DNA of 64,000 nucleotides from Phycisphaerales bacterium (lineage in GTDB: Bacteria; Planctomycetota; Phycisphaerae; WQYP01), in the NCBI GenBank assembly GCA_027451365.1, contig DAIDJN010000056.1, positions 64,001-128,000 of the forward strand, written 5' to 3'. The translations under genes were made by a program, and so were the position numbers. The notes under the pieces are model-generated. The model did no database searches, was not told the DNA's origin, and worked only from the letters and a program-made list of their open reading frames with translations. Below, piece after piece: positions 28,214 to 37,105 of the stretch (position 1 is its first letter; each line of letters starts with the position of its first letter).

Positions 28214-29240
28214 GCTTGGTTATCCGTTCTTCCAGTTGACGCACGGTTTGGAGCATCGCGGGCAACCGGTGCGTGGCTCGCAATTCGCTGAAAAATTCTT
28301 TGCCGGGCCGTGCCGGGCTGCCGACCACTCGACTACCAGATGGCAGATCATTGACCACTGCGGCATGGCCCGCAACCTGCACACCCTGCCCAAGGGTCTG
28401 ATGATCGGAAATCATCGCGCCGCCGCCAACGACCAGGTAATCTCCGGCCTGCACTGACCCGCCGACGGCCACGTGGGCCACCAGCACGCAGTGGTTTCCA
28501 AGCGCAACATTATGGCCGACCTGAACCAGATTATCCAGTTTGCAGCCGTTGCCGATGAGCGTATTGGAGAATTTGCCCCGGTCCACAGTCGTATTGGCGC
28601 CTAATTCGCAATCATGGCCGATGCGTACGCCGCCAATCTGTGGGATTTTAATATGACGCCCCTGGTCGAAGCGGTATCCGAAGCCATCCGCCCCAATCAC
28701 GCAGCCGGGGTGAAGCACCACCCGGTCGCCAAGTTCACTGCCATCGCGCACCACAACTTGCGGCCAAAGGACACAATTTTCGCCAATTTTAACGCCCGGC
28801 CCGACATAACACTGCGCCATCAGAATCGAACCAATGCCAATTTCGGCGTCGGCATCAATCACGACCATTGGCCCGATGCACACGCCGCCGCCAATGCGCG
28901 CGGTTGGATGCACGCAGGCCGAAGGATGAATTCCCACTGGTGGAAATGGGGGCGGGGGAGCGAGTTTTTCAAGAATTTTAGCGACGGCCAGATCGGCATT
29001 TTCCACACGAATCAGCACTTGGTCGGGCCGAGGAGAAACCTCCAGGCCGGCGCGGCACAGTGCGCCGCCGGCGGAACTTTTGGCCAGTCGCGGCGCATAG
29101 ACGGCATGACCGATGAAAGTAAGCTGGGTTGGTCCGGCCCGGTCCAGAGTGTCCATACCGTCGAATTGGTAATCGGCGGCATCGGCTGTTTCCAGGCGGC
29201 CATCGCACCATTCGGCCGCCTGGCGGGCGCTGAACCTCAT
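28182..29240 (-). CDS. lpxD: UDP-3-O-acylglucosamine N-acyltransferase
   Basis: IGADGFGY, KIPQIG, TVDRG, KLDNLVQVGHNV. ACAGGAG RBS before ATG 29240. Confidence 0.96.
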   Translation of the reverse strand: MRFSARQAAEWCDGRLETADAADYQFDGMDTLDRAGPTQLTFIGHAVYAPRLAKSSAGGALCRAGLEVSPRPDQVLIRVENADLAVAKILEKLAPPPPFPPVGIHPSACVHPTARIGGGVCIGPMVVIDADAEIGIGSILMAQCYVGPGVKIGENCVLWPQVVVRDGSELGDRVVLHPGCVIGADGFGYRFDQGRHIKIPQIGGVRIGHDCELGANTTVDRGKFSNTLIGNGCKLDNLVQVGHNVALGNHCVLVAHVAVGGSVQAGDYLVVGGGAMISDHQTLGQGVQVAGHAAVVNDLPSGSRVVGSPARPGKEFFSELRATHRLPAMLQTVRQLEERITKLESSTKNDQP

Positions 29241-29286
29241 GCGGGGACTCCTGTGAATTGTGCATCCGCCGGCTTGGGCCGGTCGA

Positions 29287-29931
29287 TCACTGGCCATGCT
29301 TTTTCTGATATGCGCGGTTCATCAGGCGAACGATATTGTTGGTTATATCCAGCGAACCAGCGGCAAAAAGCACTTTCCTGGTGGCGACTTCAGCAATAAG
29401 CTGCGAACCTTTTTCAAAATTGTAATGCGGCGCATCGGCCGCCAGTACCAGCGAAATATGGTGGGCGTTGGCATATTCGGCGATGGCGTTGTTGATCTGG
29501 CGGTAGGTCTTTTCGCCATCCATGCGCTGCTGTTCGCGAAGGCGAAGTTGGTGATACTGCTGAAAAACCTGAAGCGCGACTGAAGCCTTCAGAAGTTTCT
29601 TGCGCTGGGCATTGTATTCTTCCGACCCAACTTTGAAAGAAATGGTGGAATCCGGATTCAGCGGTTCTTCAATGGAGCGGAGTTCCTTGCGTTTGGCTTT
29701 GATCTGGGCCTGCAGAGATTTAAGCTCCGTGGTGAATTTCCTGTGAATCGCCACTTCCTCGTCCAAGTGCTGGGTAATTTGCGCCAGGTCCACGGTGGCG
29801 ATCTGCGGGCCAGACCCCTGTGGGGCCGCGCCAGCGCCAACCGCTAAAGCGCCACCAAGGACCATGGCCACGCCCGCCATCAGAAGCGAACCGGTATTGA
29901 TTGTTCTTGAACCAATCGTCACGAATTTCAT
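29287..29931 (-). CDS. skp: OmpH/Skp periplasmic chaperone
   Basis: Signal peptide, IATVDL, coiled coil, LDITNNIV; located between bamA and lpxD. Confidence 0.85.
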   Translation of the reverse strand: MKFVTIGSRTINTGSLLMAGVAMVLGGALAVGAGAAPQGSGPQIATVDLAQITQHLDEEVAIHRKFTTELKSLQAQIKAKRKELRSIEEPLNPDSTISFKVGSEEYNAQRKKLLKASVALQVFQQYHQLRLREQQRMDGEKTYRQINNAIAEYANAHHISLVLAADAPHYNFEKGSQLIAEVATRKVLFAAGSLDITNNIVRLMNRAYQKKHGQ

Positions 29932-30062
29932 GGGGTAACTCCAAAAATCTGTCTATGCCGCGCCACCGAGCGCGGAAGCCGGATAACTTGTTTCGCGGCG
30001 GATTTTACCCGCCGTTTTCACCCCGTCAGCGGCCGCACGCGCGGCCCAGTTCTACGGGGCGA

Positions 30063-32522
30063 TTACATCGGCAGCCCAAAGGCGAAGCTGATGTATTCCA
30101 CATGGTCATTGTGGCCGCGCTGTATCGGATACGCAAGGTCTATGCCCAGCGGCAGGCGGCCAAGGAATGGAATGATCACGCGAACACCGACGCCGGCGTC
30201 AATGCGTATAATTCCAAGGTGCATATTCGGCTCGACATCGCCAGCATCAATAAAGGCGACGCCTCGCAGAATATTTTCGTAAATGGGCGTATTAATTTCG
30301 GCGGTTGATACGGTCATAAAGTTGCCGCCCACACCATCCAGCAGCACGCCAGAGCGGGGGGTTACGCCTTCATAAGTAAAACCGCGAAGGGATCCAATAC
30401 CGCCGGCGTAAAAGCGTTCAAAGAAAACCGAATTGCCGAGTGGAATGAATCCCAGTTGACTGCGGAACATGAAAATGGTTTTGCGGTTAAATAAATCGCG
30501 GTAGATGGTGCGGTAATATGTAAACGACGCGTTGATTTTGGAAAAGTCGTACTGCCCGCCCAGGGCACCATATTGCTCCCACGACGCACCGACATCAATT
30601 CCATGGGATGGGAAAATGGCGCTGTCCGTATTATTAAATTCGATACCCGGCGTGACACTGGTCAGCGGGTGAGTGCCCTGCTGGGCAACAATTTCCGGCG
30701 CGGCCACATCGGTCGGTCCGTAATTAATAATACTGTTGACGTTGACCTCTTCACCGCGAAGCGTCAAGGATACCGACAGGTGATTCGTAATCCGACGGCC
30801 GAAGGTGATGCGGTCGCCGAGGCGATTCAAATTATAGCTGTTGTAGGCCTCGGTAAAATAGTATGCGCTGTTGCGGAAGCTGTAGGGCGAATCCCACAGG
30901 TATGGTTCAGCGAAGGTGACTTTATACAACTGGTAAACGGTACCGGGTTCCAGCAGAATCTGGAAATACTGGCCGTTGCCCTTGAACGATTGTCCGCGGA
31001 GGAATTCGCCCAGCGAATGCGGCGGTGCGCCAATATCAAAATTGCGTTGCGAAAGGCTGATCTGCCCGATCAGGCCGGCATCGGTTGAAACGCCGGCCCC
31101 GATCAGGAAGCGGCCGGTCTGGCCCTGATCCAGATTCACCAGCGCGTCGCGGCTGTCGGGCTTATGGCCGATCGGCGTAATGGACGCATGCGAAAAGAGG
31201 CCCAAGTCCTGAAGATGTTTGACAGAGCGCCGCACGGCCACGGTATCGTAAAGATGGCCGGGATACAGGCGAATCGCCCGGCGAGCCACATGGTCCTGCA
31301 CGTCTGCATTGCCGCGGATGATGATCTGCCCGACGCGGAAGGATTTTCCTTCCATGACGTTAAACGTCAGGTTTACAACGCCCGGTCTGGCGGAAAAGGC
31401 ATACGTTGGTGTGACCTTGCTGTACACATAGCCGGCTTTGCCGTAGTCGTCAGCCAGAATTTTCTGGCCGGCCTGAATCAGTGACTGATCATAGTACATT
31501 CCTGATTTAATCTTGATTTTCGGCAGCAGCACAGTGGAAGGGAATACATGATTGCCCTTCACCGCGACCGCGCCAATGCGATATCGCACACCGGAATGGA
31601 TGATGAACTGCACGATCACACGGGAAAAGTCCGGTTTGTATTTAAGAATGTACGACGTGCGGCAGTCCAGGTAACCTTTTTTGATCCACAGGCGGCGCAA
31701 TTCGCCCAGGTCGGCATTAATGTCTGAATGGCTCAGGACGCCCTGGCGGATGGGGATAAGCCAGAAGAGTTTCCAGCGGGACTTGGTTTCCAGCTTAAAA
31801 TGCAGATACCATTCCGGGTAAAGGTTGTCTCCTACGAAGGTCACGTTGCTTATATAGGTTCGCGGACCTTCCACAATGTTGTATTCCACTGTGCCGGATG
31901 CCAGCAGTTTTTTATCCAGCACAACGGAGCAGAACTGAAAGCCACGGTCGTGGTAGAGCCGCCGGATAGCCTTGATATCCGTCCGGAAAATAAAAGGGTC
32001 TTCCGCTCCGCCGACGCGCGCCAGCACAAGGCGGCGCAGGGTGCGGTCTCGCACATGGCGGTTTCCCTTGATGACGAGGCTAGTGATGGTGCCACGTTCC
32101 TTCACGACATACCGGACAATAACCTGGTGATTGGCGGTGGGAATGATATCAGCGCGGACGGATGAAAATTTACCCAGCGATGCAATGGATCGCACATCCA
32201 CATCCACCTGGGCGCGCGAATAATCTTCACCGGGGATTACACGTATCTGATTCAGTATCAGTGTGCGGTCCGCCGGATTATTGCCCACCAGTTCCACCCG
32301 GGCAATCGGTTCGCCGGCCAGCGGGCCGTTGGGTTCATTATGTGATAGTTGTTTGGCGGTTGGCACGGTTCCGTGGGCCGGCGCATTGGCGGGCGGAGGA
32401 GGGGCCACGGTGGAGGCGGCATAACCCGGCACCGCGGTCAGCAACGCGGCCGCCAGGCTCAGGGCCGTCAGGTACCGCGGCGATGCCGAGGGAAGGGAAA
32501 GCCTGAAGTCAGTTGGTACCAT
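30063..32522 (-). CDS. bamA: Outer-membrane protein assembly factor BamA
   Basis: POTRA repeats (I.I.GN), FYAGGIGSLRGF, GGN, FIDAGDV, GIDLAYPI; conserved bamA-skp-lpxD order. Confidence 0.95.
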   Translation of the reverse strand: MVPTDFRLSLPSASPRYLTALSLAAALLTAVPGYAASTVAPPPPANAPAHGTVPTAKQLSHNEPNGPLAGEPIARVELVGNNPADRTLILNQIRVIPGEDYSRAQVDVDVRSIASLGKFSSVRADIIPTANHQVIVRYVVKERGTITSLVIKGNRHVRDRTLRRLVLARVGGAEDPFIFRTDIKAIRRLYHDRGFQFCSVVLDKKLLASGTVEYNIVEGPRTYISNVTFVGDNLYPEWYLHFKLETKSRWKLFWLIPIRQGVLSHSDINADLGELRRLWIKKGYLDCRTSYILKYKPDFSRVIVQFIIHSGVRYRIGAVAVKGNHVFPSTVLLPKIKIKSGMYYDQSLIQAGQKILADDYGKAGYVYSKVTPTYAFSARPGVVNLTFNVMEGKSFRVGQIIIRGNADVQDHVARRAIRLYPGHLYDTVAVRRSVKHLQDLGLFSHASITPIGHKPDSRDALVNLDQGQTGRFLIGAGVSTDAGLIGQISLSQRNFDIGAPPHSLGEFLRGQSFKGNGQYFQILLEPGTVYQLYKVTFAEPYLWDSPYSFRNSAYYFTEAYNSYNLNRLGDRITFGRRITNHLSVSLTLRGEEVNVNSIINYGPTDVAAPEIVAQQGTHPLTSVTPGIEFNNTDSAIFPSHGIDVGASWEQYGALGGQYDFSKINASFTYYRTIYRDLFNRKTIFMFRSQLGFIPLGNSVFFERFYAGGIGSLRGFTYEGVTPRSGVLLDGVGGNFMTVSTAEINTPIYENILRGVAFIDAGDVEPNMHLGIIRIDAGVGVRVIIPFLGRLPLGIDLAYPIQRGHNDHVEYISFAFGLPM

Positions 32523-33068
32523 GACATTTCCTGCAGACTGCGGGCCGCGTCACCCGAATTTACCGCGCCATGCCCGAACGCCAGACGCGAACCAAACGCG
32601 ACAATCAGTCCGGGGCAACCAAAGTTCCGCGTAGTCTAGCCGCATACGCTCCGGTTGTGAACCCGCCGGGGCCGGAATCCGCAAGTTTTTCTTCTGAAGC
32701 GCTTGTCGGCCTCCAGCACGGGCACGGCCAGTTGGGCGAAAGTGGATGTAATAAGGTCAGCCATATCAAGGCAGGCAGAAGGACTTGACGGGAATTGGGC
32801 TTGCGGGTGGTCGGTGGGCGTTTTACCGGCTTTAACTGTTGCCTTCAGACCTCGGTGACCAGCTTCAACTGCCAAGGAACGACGAAGGATCGTTCTGTGC
32901 GGCAATTTTCAATGAGATCATCAGGCCTCAGTGTTGTCAAGAAGTAGAAATGTCACCCTGTTAGCTGAAATGCGTTTCGATTTTCTGGCCTCTATCCTTA
33001 ACCCATTTTGCGGGCCGGCTTTAGGCATTAAATCGCCCTGAATCACGTTGTTGCGATTGAATGCCTAC

Positions 33069-33142
33069 TGGGCGTTGAGGGGCTCGAACCCCCGACCTTA
33101 CGGGTGTGATCCGTACGCTCTAACCAACTGAGCTAAACGCCC
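33069..33142 (-). tRNA. tRNA-Val (CAC)
   Basis: GGGCGTT acceptor, TAGCTCAGTTGGTTAGAGC D arm, TACGG-ATCACAC-CCGTA anticodon arm, GGTTCGAGCCC T arm. CCA not encoded. Confidence 0.94.
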
Positions 33143-33474
33143 GGCGAATCAGCGGCATATCGTACCAAAACCAGCGGCCAATGGCCAGTCTACAAGTTGC
33201 TTATCCGCGCTTAATCGCCGGCACACCCTTCGGCCGAGAGCCTGCCTGCGTGTGGCGATCAGCGCGCACTTGAATATCAAGTTTCCGTTCATTCACATCG
33301 AAACAGGCAAATGTCTTATGCGCAACCCAATCATTCCCGGAAGCAATCAGGGCGGTTGCGGAATTTCGCTCCGGAACATTCCCGGCACCAATTCGACCGA
33401 TGCTGACTGGCGGCCAAACTAAAAGACTGTTCTGTGGACTGTATATTTCCGTTTCTTTTGATTGCAAACTGTGT

Positions 33475-33990
33475 TCAATCGTGCGGGTGCTCGACCATGA
33501 TGGCCATTTTAGCCGGATCCCGGCAGTCAATGTGCACACTGAATACTTCCGCCAAGCCGCCAAGATTTACAGAATGCTTCCGTACCAGTGGCCATATTAT
33601 TTGGCGATCGGTATCTGGAATTGCTTTAGAATTCACAGCATCCGGAAGCACCCATTCCAATCGGCCTTCCGCAATTACAGTTTCCGGCAGTTCAATGATT
33701 TTCAAGGATTCAAAGCAGAACATCAGCCAATGCCCGCGGCCTTCATACGAGCGTTCCGATACAATTCCGCATAAGCGAATGTCTGCTACGGTCAGGCTTG
33801 CACCGGTTTCTTCTAAAACCTCGCGCACCGCACACTGATACGGCGACTCGCCAACCGCTTGTTCCAGCTTGCCACCCACCGGAGAGTAAAGGTGCTGATT
33901 GGGCGGTTTAATTCTGTGCAGAAGCAGCAATTGGCCGCGGGAATTAAAAATATAAACCAGCGTGGCGATTTTATAGGGCAGATCACCCAC
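33475..33990 (-). CDS. NUDIX hydrolase
   Basis: Nudix box GGKLEQAVGESPYQCAVREVLEETG. Start moved to GTG 33990 (GGAGA upstream) because the longer ORF runs through tRNA-Ser. Confidence 0.88.
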   Translation of the reverse strand: MGDLPYKIATLVYIFNSRGQLLLLHRIKPPNQHLYSPVGGKLEQAVGESPYQCAVREVLEETGASLTVADIRLCGIVSERSYEGRGHWLMFCFESLKIIELPETVIAEGRLEWVLPDAVNSKAIPDTDRQIIWPLVRKHSVNLGGLAEVFSVHIDCRDPAKMAIMVEHPHD

Positions 33991-34053
33991 AATTTTCTCC
34001 GGGTTGGCAATCCGATGGACTATTCCATCGGAACTGCCGCAGAGCAAAACAAA

Positions 34054-34140
34054 CGGAGGCGGAGGGATTCGAACCCCCGGACGAGTTTCCCCGTCACCGG
34101 TTTTCAAGACCGGCGCATTAAACCGCTCTGCCACACCTCC
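34054..34140 (-). tRNA. tRNA-Ser (UGA)
   Basis: GGAGGTG acceptor, CCGGT-CTTGAAA-ACCGG anticodon arm, long variable arm, GGTTCGAATCC, discriminator G. Confidence 0.96.
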
Positions 34141-34351
34141 GAACCGTTGGTTCCACTACTTTACCCGCAGCCGTGAATTCTTCCAATACCGGTGCGGGAC
34201 TGGCCTGCTGTGGCTGCCTGTCCGCACATTATTAATGGCCGTCGGCGCGCCGCCCGGCATGTGGGCTGCATCATGTTTTGCCAAAGTGCCAAAGGCGTGT
34301 TGAACCGATACAGCCGGTCATCCGATTATTGGCGAACTGCGGCGGCGGGAA

Positions 34352-35698
34352 TTACCGCCGCCGGCGGGTGGGAAATTTTCCAGAAATAGGTCGGGTGGAT
34401 TGCGTATTGGCCGGAATTGAAAAGCCGGTGGGCGAATATTCGTTTACCGGCGGAAGCGGCGCGGCAACCGGGTATGCGCTCTGTGCGGGCTGGCCATCGG
34501 CACCGGATGCCGCATCGCGATGGAGTCCGCGACCTGGTTCGGGCGAGGGAGTGAATCCGGGAATGCGGTATTCTTCCATCAGATGATTGGTGAGTTTTTC
34601 GATTTCCGTCTGCAGTTGTCCTTGGTCGCGCGCCACAAAGGTAAACGCCCGACCGGTGGCACCCATACGGGCCGTTCGACCCACGCGGTGCACGTAGGCC
34701 TCCGGGTCATCGGGTACATCGTAATTAATCACATGGGTAATTTCATGCACGTCAATACCGCGGCTGGCGAGGTCGGTGGCGACTAGAACATTTATTTTTC
34801 CCGTCCGGAAGCCGCGCATCACCCGTTCTCGCTTCTGCTGGACAAGGTCACCATGAATGGGGGACGCATTAATGCCGCGTTCTTCCAGGGCGTGGGCGAC
34901 TTTGTCCACGCTGCGCTTGGTGCGGCAGAAAATGATGGCCAACTTCGGCTTTTCATCCGCGATAAGGGCGCGGAGTGCCCGCAGTTTATCCCATGGCTGC
35001 ACACCAACCACGAATTGCCGCGCATCTGGCGCGGTAAGTTTGTCATCCGGTTTGGCGGTAAATATCCGGGCCACATTTTTTTTCATGTGGCGTTCCACCA
35101 GGCGTTCAATCTCGTCGTTAATGGTTGCGGACACAAACATGGTCTGATGTTCCGCGGTGCATGATGCCAGAATTTTTCGCACATCATCACGGAAGCCGAT
35201 ATCAAACATGCGGTCCACTTCATCGCAGACTACAAATTTCATGCGGCTAAGCGTAAGCACGCCGCGCTCCTGAAGATCAATAATGCGGCCGGGGGTACCC
35301 ACAATGACGTGGGGCTGGCGTTCCATTGCCTTAATATCGTGTGGTACTTTGGTGCCGCCATAAACCACCGCGATGCGCAGCATTTTATGCTTGGCAAAGC
35401 GCACCATTTCCGCATGAACCTGCACCGCGAGTTCGCGGGTAGGCACGACGATAATGGCCTGAAAGCTTTCATCAGGGTTAATCAGTTGAAGAATCGGCAG
35501 TCCGAAGGCGGCGGTCTTACCGGTTCCGGTTCGCGCCTGGCCCAGAATGTCCACACCTGTCAGGGCGGGGGGGATGACCAGTCTCTGAATCTCGGACGGT
35601 TCAACAAAGTGAATTTCGGCCAGAGCCGTCAAAATAGCTGGTTCAAGTCCGAGCACTTCAAAGGCTTTAGGCAATCCCAAATGTGAATGATCCATCAT
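34352..35698 (-). CDS. DEAD-box RNA helicase
   Basis: Q motif, ARTGTGKT, PTRELA, TPGR, DEVD, SAT, SRGIDV, HRVGRTAR. Confidence 0.96.
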   Translation of the reverse strand: MMDHSHLGLPKAFEVLGLEPAILTALAEIHFVEPSEIQRLVIPPALTGVDILGQARTGTGKTAAFGLPILQLINPDESFQAIIVVPTRELAVQVHAEMVRFAKHKMLRIAVVYGGTKVPHDIKAMERQPHVIVGTPGRIIDLQERGVLTLSRMKFVVCDEVDRMFDIGFRDDVRKILASCTAEHQTMFVSATINDEIERLVERHMKKNVARIFTAKPDDKLTAPDARQFVVGVQPWDKLRALRALIADEKPKLAIIFCRTKRSVDKVAHALEERGINASPIHGDLVQQKRERVMRGFRTGKINVLVATDLASRGIDVHEITHVINYDVPDDPEAYVHRVGRTARMGATGRAFTFVARDQGQLQTEIEKLTNHLMEEYRIPGFTPSPEPGRGLHRDAASGADGQPAQSAYPVAAPLPPVNEYSPTGFSIPANTQSTRPISGKFPTRRRR

Positions 35699-36078
35699 AT
35701 TTCTTTAAAACAAACTAAAAATGTAACCACAAACTCATTATTTCTACGGAAACTATCATAAGGTATCGGTAGAAAGGGTCAAGGTGGACGCCGACGGCGC
35801 GCATCGGCCAGTTTCAAACCGGAAAAGGCGGACTCTTGATGCGCTTGGTTCATGGTCAGCAATACGCGATAGGTCGCGCCAGGCCCCAACTGACGCTATC
35901 CTGAATCTCTATTGGTTTTGTGCGAGTCTTTTCTGGTCTGTCCTGTATTGCGTTGGCGATGGGCGCAGCGTTTTTTGGCGGCTTTATCTGGTGAAATAAA
36001 GCCGCCTCTGCTATGATGCCCCTCTGTTATAATGCCTTTTGCTCTGGCATTATTTATATGATTAAAGGACAGTATTGA

Positions 36079-36846
36079 ATGAAAACACGCATTATTCCGA
36101 CCGTTGGGGCCGTGGCACTCCTGATTTTGCTGGCGGCATGTTCAAAATCGCCTAAAGCGAATTCGGGTTCGTCATCTCCACAAACCGTTGGTTCGACCGC
36201 GGCGCCCGCCGCTGCAGCGACCACAAGTATGCCAGCGATGCCTGGAACGGCCCCAAGCAGTGACGCGGCAGCCGTGGTCGCCGATCTTGGCAGCGCGTTA
36301 AAATCGGGCAATGTGACGCAAATTGAAAATGCTTTTGTCACAACCTCGCCTGCCCAGGCTCAGGCGGTGGCCGCGGTGGCAAAACTGGATAGCGTCAAGG
36401 CGCAGGTAGTTCAACTGGCGACTCAAAAGCTTGGTTCACAGGCCTCTGGATTAGGCGCGCTGGTTGAAAAAATTGCCCCCAGCGGCGGTATTTTTCCCAC
36501 ACTGGCTTCTCTGAAAACCAACCCGCTGGTTATTAGCGGAGAAACAGCCGTGTTGAATCAGGGAAAAAATCTCGCAAAAGTTTATTTTGCGCAGGAAGCG
36601 GGTACCTGGAAAGTGGATTTGCAGAAAACACTGGGCAGCTACTACCCGGACGCCGCAACTGCGGCAAGCAAGCTTTCAGCGATGACGGGCGGTTTTGGCC
36701 AAGCTTCAACGTTTCTAAAACAGGTGGAATCCGGGCTGAATGACGGTTCGGTTAAATCGTTTGGTGATATTCAGACCCTGGCGGCCAAATTTGAGGCGGG
36801 CAGCGTTCCAGGTGTGAACAATGTGAAGAATCTTTTGCATTTTTAA
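36079..36846 (+). CDS. Hypothetical lipoprotein
   Basis: AAAGGA RBS, lipobox LAA|C, Ser/Ala/Pro/Thr linker. Confidence 0.8.
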   Translation: MKTRIIPTVGAVALLILLAACSKSPKANSGSSSPQTVGSTAAPAAAATTSMPAMPGTAPSSDAAAVVADLGSALKSGNVTQIENAFVTTSPAQAQAVAAVAKLDSVKAQVVQLATQKLGSQASGLGALVEKIAPSGGIFPTLASLKTNPLVISGETAVLNQGKNLAKVYFAQEAGTWKVDLQKTLGSYYPDAATAASKLSAMTGGFGQASTFLKQVESGLNDGSVKSFGDIQTLAAKFEAGSVPGVNNVKNLLHF

Positions 36847-36978
36847 GATGGTCTGCGGGGCCAGTGCGTTGCGGCAAACGTGAGCCGCATTTGACGGGCC
36901 AAGCCATTTCACGGTTCTGTTTCACGGCTCAGTTCACAGTCCGGCTGCCTTGGGGCGGCCAGGCTTCGCGGGCGGAGT

Positions 36979-37006
36979 TTGACTCTGTTCAGACCGCCCG
37001 TATACT
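36979..37006 (+). promoter_or_regulatory. Putative sigma70 promoter for ppdK
   Basis: TTGACT-16 nt-TATACT, about 100 nt upstream of the ATG. Confidence 0.55.
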
Positions 37007-37105
37007 TTCCGTCTTTGATTCGCGGACCGCGCTGTGGTTGGCGGCGCGGGTCTGGCTTTTGTTTCCCGCCACATGTCGTGCGGATTTTCCCGGAGGTAAC
37101 GTACC

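Noticed and set aside
30063..30090. BamA ending in GLPM rather than a terminal Phe/Trp
   Set aside because: The last strand (YISFAFG) is still amphipathic, so this is a minor variation with no sign of truncation.
33201..33563. 120-aa minus-strand ORF after NUDIX
   Set aside because: Overlaps NUDIX, has no convincing start and no recognisable motif.
33991..34134. N-terminal extension of the NUDIX ORF
   Set aside because: It reads through tRNA-Ser. A better start with an RBS exists at 33990.
8184..34140. tRNA-anchored genomic island or prophage
   Set aside because: No integrase, transposase, phage gene or duplicated tRNA 3' end was seen.
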